This document shows, one piece after another, positions 7,576 through 12,175 of a DNA stretch of 12,175 bases (the first letter of the stretch is position 1; the number at the start of each line of letters is the position of its first letter). The position numbers were made by a program, and so were the translations under genes. The notes below the pieces were generated by a model. That model was given only the letters and a program-made list of their open reading frames with translations, was not told the origin of the DNA and searched no databases. Source of the stretch: Candidatus Acetothermia bacterium (GTDB taxonomy: Bacteria > Bipolaricaulota > Bipolaricaulia > M55B111); NCBI GenBank assembly GCA_046543235.1, contig JBKGZT010000039.1, positions 1 through 12,175 of the forward strand, written 5' to 3'.

Positions 7576-9549
7576 ATGAAAAGCCGGGAGGATATTATGC
7601 AAAGAGCAGGTATTAAGGCTTTTATTCGGAGTTCTTTTGGAATCTTGGTTTTGTTGATTTCTATTCAGCTTCTATTCTTCTCTGGTCATGCCCTAGGGCA
7701 ATCCGGTGAGGAATTTCTCAGTTTGGCGGAAGTGGAAAAGGGTATGGAAGGAACCGGAAAGACCGTAGTAGAGGGCAAGGATATATCGACTTTTTCGGTA
7801 GAGGTCGTCGACGTAATCGATGAACCCGGCCAACTCCAGGATTTCATCGTCGTCCGCGCGAGCGGTGAACCCGTGGAGCAGTCGGGAGGAGTAGCTCAGG
7901 GAATGAGCGGTAGCCCGGTTTACATCGACGGAAAATTAATAGGTGCTCTGAGCAGATCAGCTCAATGGAGCAAGGACTCGAGCAACCCGATTGGTTTGGT
8001 CACCCCCATAGGAACAATGCTGGAACTCCTTGAGGATCCGGGTCCGGAGGACGTAAGAACTGACGAATCCGATACGAGAACTAGTTCTGTCGAGGACTCC
8101 CTGGAAGAGATCTTCCCCGGCAAGGACGTGGAGTTTGCTGACTCCCCTGGGGCCGAGAACTCGTCAGGTGGAGGGGAGGACCAGTTGCTTTTCAAGAAAT
8201 CCGTAACGCCCGTGATGGTTTCCGGCCTCTCAGAAGCCTCTTTAAAGGCACTTAAAGATGGGATAGGGGACTCGAACCTGGATAAAGTGTTCGACCCGCT
8301 GGCTACCCTCGGTAGCAGTTCTGTGGATAACCTGAAGGACGGCTTGTCAGGAAACGGTCTCGACTTTCACAAGCTTCAGGGTTCTGAGTCAGGCTCCGAG
8401 GAGACGATGGAACTTCAGCCCGGCGGGCCGATGGGGGTCTCGCTGGCGAAAGGTGATCTATCTATCGGAGCTTTAGGTACCGTTACTTATCGCGACGAGG
8501 ATCAGGTTCTGGGGCTGGGGCACCGGTTCTTGTTGAGCGGGGCCACCGATTTCCTCCTGACGGAAGCTGCAGTGCTGGATACGGTGAAGAGCTATAAGGC
8601 TTCGTTTAAGCTGGGTGACGTCTCAAACGAAGTGGGTGCAGTTACCCAGGATCGAACCCAGGGAGTGATGGGGGTAGTCGGTGAAGAAACGAACCTGTTC
8701 GAGACGGATCTACGGGTATCCCCAAGAGGTGTTGAGGGGAGAAAAAACTTCAACGCCGAGCTCGTTAAGTCCAGTGACTTGATCGGTTCCCTGTCCTACG
8801 CGACCATTCGGGAAGCGATCGACCGTTCCTTGAATAGGCAGGGCCCGGGAACGATCAAGGTCGATTACGAAGTGACCGGGGAGGACCTGCCGGAGCCGCT
8901 GGAGAGGACTGACATCTTCTTTTCCTCTACGGAAGCTTCCTTTCTGCCCTCGCTTCAGGTGGCTCTATTCATCGATGCCCTGGCCCACAACCCGTTCGCC
9001 GACCCCGATCTTTCCAACCTTGAGGCGGACGTTTCATTTGAAAGGGATATCAGGTCGGGCCAGATTACTTACTTTGCAACAGATAAAAGGAACTACGCCC
9101 AGGGAGACCTCCTCGCCTATCAGGTAAAAATTCAGAACTATCGGGGCGAGCTAGTGGAAAAGACTGGAGGATTCCAGCTTCCTCAGGATCTCCCCCCCGG
9201 TAATTACGTGGTCGCGGTTTACGGCGGACCCAGGCCTGCCAACGTAGCCCCGCCCGAAAACCTCGAAAACTTCGAGGATTGGATAAGTTACTTGAACAGC
9301 TTAAAAAGCTACGAGAGCCTCTCCGTCGAGGTACTGAAGCCGTTCGAGGAAAGCGTGGTCCCGATGGCTGGTGCCGGTTACAGGTACGAATCGGCCGCCC
9401 GCGTCAGCGAAAAAATGGACGAAAGGGTAATTTACGGCAGCCAGGCCCTCTCAATAAACGTATCAAAGTCCGAGGAGAGCTCTTCCGAAGAAGAAGTCGA
9501 AATCGAGGAAACCGATTCGGGAGAAGAGGACGGAGAAAAATCGGAGTAG
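7576..9549 (+). CDS. Exported SpoIVB/peptidase S55 domain-containing protein
   Basis: Signal-peptide-like N-terminus ending ..GHALG; GGVAQGMSGSPVYIDGKLIGA catalytic-Ser motif; GTVTY...LGLGH His motif. Alternative start ATG 7597 (GGAGG SD). Confidence 0.85.
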   Translation: MKSREDIMQRAGIKAFIRSSFGILVLLISIQLLFFSGHALGQSGEEFLSLAEVEKGMEGTGKTVVEGKDISTFSVEVVDVIDEPGQLQDFIVVRASGEPVEQSGGVAQGMSGSPVYIDGKLIGALSRSAQWSKDSSNPIGLVTPIGTMLELLEDPGPEDVRTDESDTRTSSVEDSLEEIFPGKDVEFADSPGAENSSGGGEDQLLFKKSVTPVMVSGLSEASLKALKDGIGDSNLDKVFDPLATLGSSSVDNLKDGLSGNGLDFHKLQGSESGSEETMELQPGGPMGVSLAKGDLSIGALGTVTYRDEDQVLGLGHRFLLSGATDFLLTEAAVLDTVKSYKASFKLGDVSNEVGAVTQDRTQGVMGVVGEETNLFETDLRVSPRGVEGRKNFNAELVKSSDLIGSLSYATIREAIDRSLNRQGPGTIKVDYEVTGEDLPEPLERTDIFFSSTEASFLPSLQVALFIDALAHNPFADPDLSNLEADVSFERDIRSGQITYFATDKRNYAQGDLLAYQVKIQNYRGELVEKTGGFQLPQDLPPGNYVVAVYGGPRPANVAPPENLENFEDWISYLNSLKSYESLSVEVLKPFEESVVPMAGAGYRYESAARVSEKMDERVIYGSQALSINVSKSEESSSEEEVEIEETDSGEEDGEKSE

Positions 9550-9558
9550 GCTTAAGCC

Positions 9559-10968
9559 ATGCTGGGTCCGGAGGAGATCGCAGAGGCAACCGGCGGTTCT
9601 CTGTATAACCAAAGGGAAGTAGAAGTTAGGGGTTTTTCAATAGATACGAGAACGATCGGGCGGGGGGAAGTCTTTGTCCCCCTGCCCGGTTCAAATACCG
9701 ACGGCCACAAATTTATCGGAGAGGCGTACGAGAAAGGTGCGGTAGCTTCCCTCGCCTCTTCCGAGGAATACCTCCGGGAAAGTTGCCCCAACATGGTAGT
9801 TGTCGAGGATACCGAAGAGGCACTTTTACGGATGGCCCGGCATCACCGGGAATCCTTCGATGTACCGGTTGTGGGGGTAACCGGAAGCTACGGCAAGACC
9901 ACGACCAAGGAACTCCTTTCTTCGATACTCTCTACCGCCGGCAGAGTGCACAAATCCCCCGGAAACTACAACACGGAATACGGACTTCCCCTTGCGCTGC
10001 TGGAGATGGAGAAACCGGTGGATTTTGCCGTATTGGAGCTTGGCCTTCAGCACCCCGGGGACGTCGAAGTTCTCAGTAAAGCGGCGAAACCGACTACGGG
10101 CGTAATTACCGGCGTCGGCAGTGCTCATTTGGGCAATTTTTCGGGGGTTAGGGAAATAGCCCGGGAAAAGTTAAAACTGACCGCCGGGATGGAAGCGAAT
10201 GGCACGTTGGTGATTAACGCTGACTCCCCGCCACTTTTAAGGGAAGCCACTGGAAGTTCTGGATACAGGACCGTGAAATTCGCCAGGGAAAACCGGGATG
10301 AGGCGGATTACTGGATTTCCGGCCTTCGAATAGCCGGGACCGAAGGAACCAAGATTACCATAAATAAGAAGGAAAGCGGTGGGGGTTCCTGCTCTGAGGA
10401 TTTCCCCCTGACGCTGGAGACCGGTCTTAACTCTTCGGGTAATGCCGGAAACGTCCTTGCTGCCGTTTCCACCGTCCTGGAGATGGATCTGGAGGGTGTC
10501 GATTTGATAGAAGGCGTAAAATTGGAACCACTCCCTCAGCGCCTTAGCCCGAAGAAATTCCCCGGGGGTACGGTAATTGACGATACTTACAACGCCAACC
10601 CCGATGCCACCCGGAACGCCCTGAGTTACCTGTCGGAACTAAAACCGAATGGAAAGAAGATCCTGGTCTTTGGGGACATGATGGAACTGGGAGAGGAGTC
10701 CAGAAGTCTCCACAGGGGGCTTGCTGGCCCCGTCGAAGACGCCGGCCTGGACGAGGTGCTAGTGACCGGCGAACAAGCCAACGCCCTGGCCGAGGAACTG
10801 AGAAAAAGAAATTTCGTGGCGGCGGTAAAATTTTTCGAATCGAAGTCCGCCCTGATATCGGAGCTTGAAAAGTCTTTAATCGGTCAGGAGAACGTCGTGC
10901 TGGTTAAAGGTTCTCGCGGTATGGGTATGGAGAAAATCGTGTCCTATTTGGTGAAAGACTCAAGCTAA
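9559..10968 (+). CDS. murF: MurF UDP-N-acetylmuramoyl-tripeptide--D-Ala-D-Ala ligase
   Basis: SIDTR, DGHKFI, GVTGSYGKTTTKE, GNYNTEYGLP, VLELG, DDTYNANP, GDMMELG and VKGSRGM motifs. Confidence 0.95.
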   Translation: MLGPEEIAEATGGSLYNQREVEVRGFSIDTRTIGRGEVFVPLPGSNTDGHKFIGEAYEKGAVASLASSEEYLRESCPNMVVVEDTEEALLRMARHHRESFDVPVVGVTGSYGKTTTKELLSSILSTAGRVHKSPGNYNTEYGLPLALLEMEKPVDFAVLELGLQHPGDVEVLSKAAKPTTGVITGVGSAHLGNFSGVREIAREKLKLTAGMEANGTLVINADSPPLLREATGSSGYRTVKFARENRDEADYWISGLRIAGTEGTKITINKKESGGGSCSEDFPLTLETGLNSSGNAGNVLAAVSTVLEMDLEGVDLIEGVKLEPLPQRLSPKKFPGGTVIDDTYNANPDATRNALSYLSELKPNGKKILVFGDMMELGEESRSLHRGLAGPVEDAGLDEVLVTGEQANALAEELRKRNFVAAVKFFESKSALISELEKSLIGQENVVLVKGSRGMGMEKIVSYLVKDSS

Positions 10969-10995
10969 ACCGACGGGGTTTTCAGGAGGTAAAGG

Positions 10996-11415
10996 ATGGC
11001 CGTTGAAACGAGGGATATAAACGTCCGGGTTGGCCCGGACAGCAAGATGGAGGATATTACCGCGGATATCGCGGAGGTAGTCACGAGATCGGAATTGGAC
11101 GAGGGAAGCGTAAACCTGTTCGTTCCCGGTGCGACCGGTTCTATAAGCACGGTCGAGTACGAGCCGGGATTGAAAGAAGACATTCCGGAGGCTCTGGAAA
11201 GGCTGGCTCCGGAGGACATCCCGTACAAGCATCATCAGACCTGGAACGACGACAACGGCAGGAGTCACGTAAGGGCCACAATTATGGGACCCGGAACGGT
11301 GGTGCCGTTTGTAAATGGAAAACTTCAGCTCGGAAGATGGCAAAACATCGTCATCATCAACCACGATACCAGGGCAAGAGAAAGGAGGATCGTAGTTCAG
11401 TTGATCGGAGAATGA
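10996..11415 (+). CDS. yjbQ: YjbQ/UPF0047 family protein (secondary thiamine-phosphate synthase)
   Basis: DIT, FVPGATG, EYEPGL, Y.H....DDNGRSHVRA and LGRWQ motifs; AGGAGGT SD. Confidence 0.93.
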   Translation: MAVETRDINVRVGPDSKMEDITADIAEVVTRSELDEGSVNLFVPGATGSISTVEYEPGLKEDIPEALERLAPEDIPYKHHQTWNDDNGRSHVRATIMGPGTVVPFVNGKLQLGRWQNIVIINHDTRARERRIVVQLIGE

Positions 11416-11425
11416 AGACGTAGGA

Positions 11426-11938
11426 CTATTCCAAAGTGGTGACCAGGTCGTCAAGTTCCCGTCGCTGTGAATCCCCACCTGCAGATTTTGCCGGGTGGCC
11501 CACCGGAATAATGGTGAGGGGTTTCTTTTGGGTATCGAGGAGTTCTTTTACAGCTTCCTCGTCAAATGCTCCAACCCAGCAACTACCGAGTCCGAGTTCT
11601 ACGGCCGCTAGCTGCAGGTACGTGGCTGCGATCGTCCCGTCCTGAATGGAGTATAACTGTCCCCTTTCCCCGTATTTATTTTGGGAACGTTCTGCATCCT
11701 GAATAAAAGCAAAGAGGGCCGGTGCCCGTTCGATGAACTTTTGTCCATGTGCGGCCTCAGCCAGATCCTCCTTTAAACCTTTTTCTTTGATGACCACGAT
11801 CTCGTAAGACTGGAGGTTACCGGCGGAGGGTGCCGAGTTTGCTGCTCGTAAGAGTTTTTCTATCTCTTCCTCGGTTAAGGATCTACCGGTAAAAGACCGG
11901 ACCGAGCTGCGCTTCTTGATCAAATCAAAAAAATTCAT
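11426..11938 (-). CDS. Nitroreductase family protein
   Basis: KRSSVRSF, APSAGNLQ, LAAVELGLGSCWVGAF and IIPVGHP motifs. Confidence 0.93.
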   Translation of the reverse strand: MNFFDLIKKRSSVRSFTGRSLTEEEIEKLLRAANSAPSAGNLQSYEIVVIKEKGLKEDLAEAAHGQKFIERAPALFAFIQDAERSQNKYGERGQLYSIQDGTIAATYLQLAAVELGLGSCWVGAFDEEAVKELLDTQKKPLTIIPVGHPAKSAGGDSQRRELDDLVTTLE

Positions 11939-11962
11939 CTCACATCACCGCAGGACGAATGG

Positions 11963-12055
11963 ATTGGATAATAATCTGGCTGGATAACTTCAATTAATTA
12001 TATCCGAGTTAACCCTATCTGCAAGGTAGAATCTGGTTGATGAGTGGATAATAAT
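11963..12055. repeat. Cluster of TGGATAA motifs (DnaA-box-like), including an 11-nt direct repeat TGGATAATAAT
   Basis: TGGATAA at 11965, 11981 and 12045; TGGATAATAAT at 11965-11975 and 12045-12055. AGTGGATAA (12043-12051) is one mismatch from TGTGGATAA. Confidence 0.45.
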
Positions 12056-12083
12056 TTGTTTGACCCGAGAAAAGGTCTATAAT
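12056..12083 (+). promoter_or_regulatory. Putative sigma70-type promoter reading toward the window end
   Basis: TTGTTT (12056-12061), 16-nt spacer, perfect TATAAT (12078-12083). Confidence 0.45.
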
Positions 12084-12124
12084 GTAGTAACGGGATTATC
12101 GGGTTTTTGAAGAATAATTTTCGA

Positions 12125-12175
12125 GTCAAGAACCCCTCCCCAAGGGACGGGGCTTGTAGAAAAACAGCTTTAACG
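12125..12175 (+). mobile_element. Probable IS200/IS605-family element end / 5' start of an IscB omegaRNA (HEARO-like), truncated
   Basis: GTCAAGAACCCCTCCCCAAGGGACGGGGCTTG forms a bulged hairpin and matches the GTCAA-n-ACCCC...GGGGCTTG pattern I recall for IS200/IS605 ends and IscB omegaRNA 5' ends. No associated ORF is visible in the window. Confidence 0.55.

Noticed and set aside
7394-7579. 61-aa ORF upstream of the S55 gene
   Set aside because: TTG start with no SD, composition unlike neighbouring proteins, no motif.
8322-8330. Perfect DnaA box TGTGGATAA inside the S55 CDS
   Set aside because: A single isolated copy within coding sequence (codons for S-V-D-N) is compatible with chance.
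12060-12083. TTGACC...TATAAT as a near-perfect promoter
   Set aside because: The spacer is only 12 nt; TTGTTT at 12056 gives a workable 16-nt spacing instead.
1-12175. CRISPR array, prophage or defence genes; remaining antisense/alternate-frame ORFs in the track
   Set aside because: No regularly spaced repeats or cas/phage/defence motifs were seen; the other short ORFs are shadows of well-supported genes.

Overview
Mostly housekeeping bacterial DNA: 14 protein-coding genes and one tRNA. In order: MBL-fold hydrolase (+), DUF151 bifunctional nuclease (+), tlyA (+), coaE (+), a minus-strand unit asp23/gls24 -> tRNA-Ser(UGA) -> membrane-anchored SAM methyltransferase -> murE, yjjX (+), an orphan polar amino-acid ABC ATPase (-), an exported SpoIVB/S55-type peptidase (+), murF (+), yjbQ (+) and a nitroreductase (-). 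Many proteins are rich in Glu/Asp, which suggests a halophile (inference). Best leads: (1) the last ~50 nt resemble an IS200/IS605 end hairpin or the 5' start of an IscB omegaRNA (HEARO), truncated by the window edge and preceded by a promoter-like sequence; (2) the ~155-nt gap at 871-1027 folds by eye into a 6S-RNA-like rod; (3) MurE has both diaminopimelate-binding arginines substituted and is translationally coupled to a FAM173-like methyltransferase; (4) the S55 peptidase appears circularly permuted relative to SpoIVB; (5) a DnaA-box-like repeat cluster lies at 11963-12055. All calls are from motif recognition by eye; no searches or folding programs were run.
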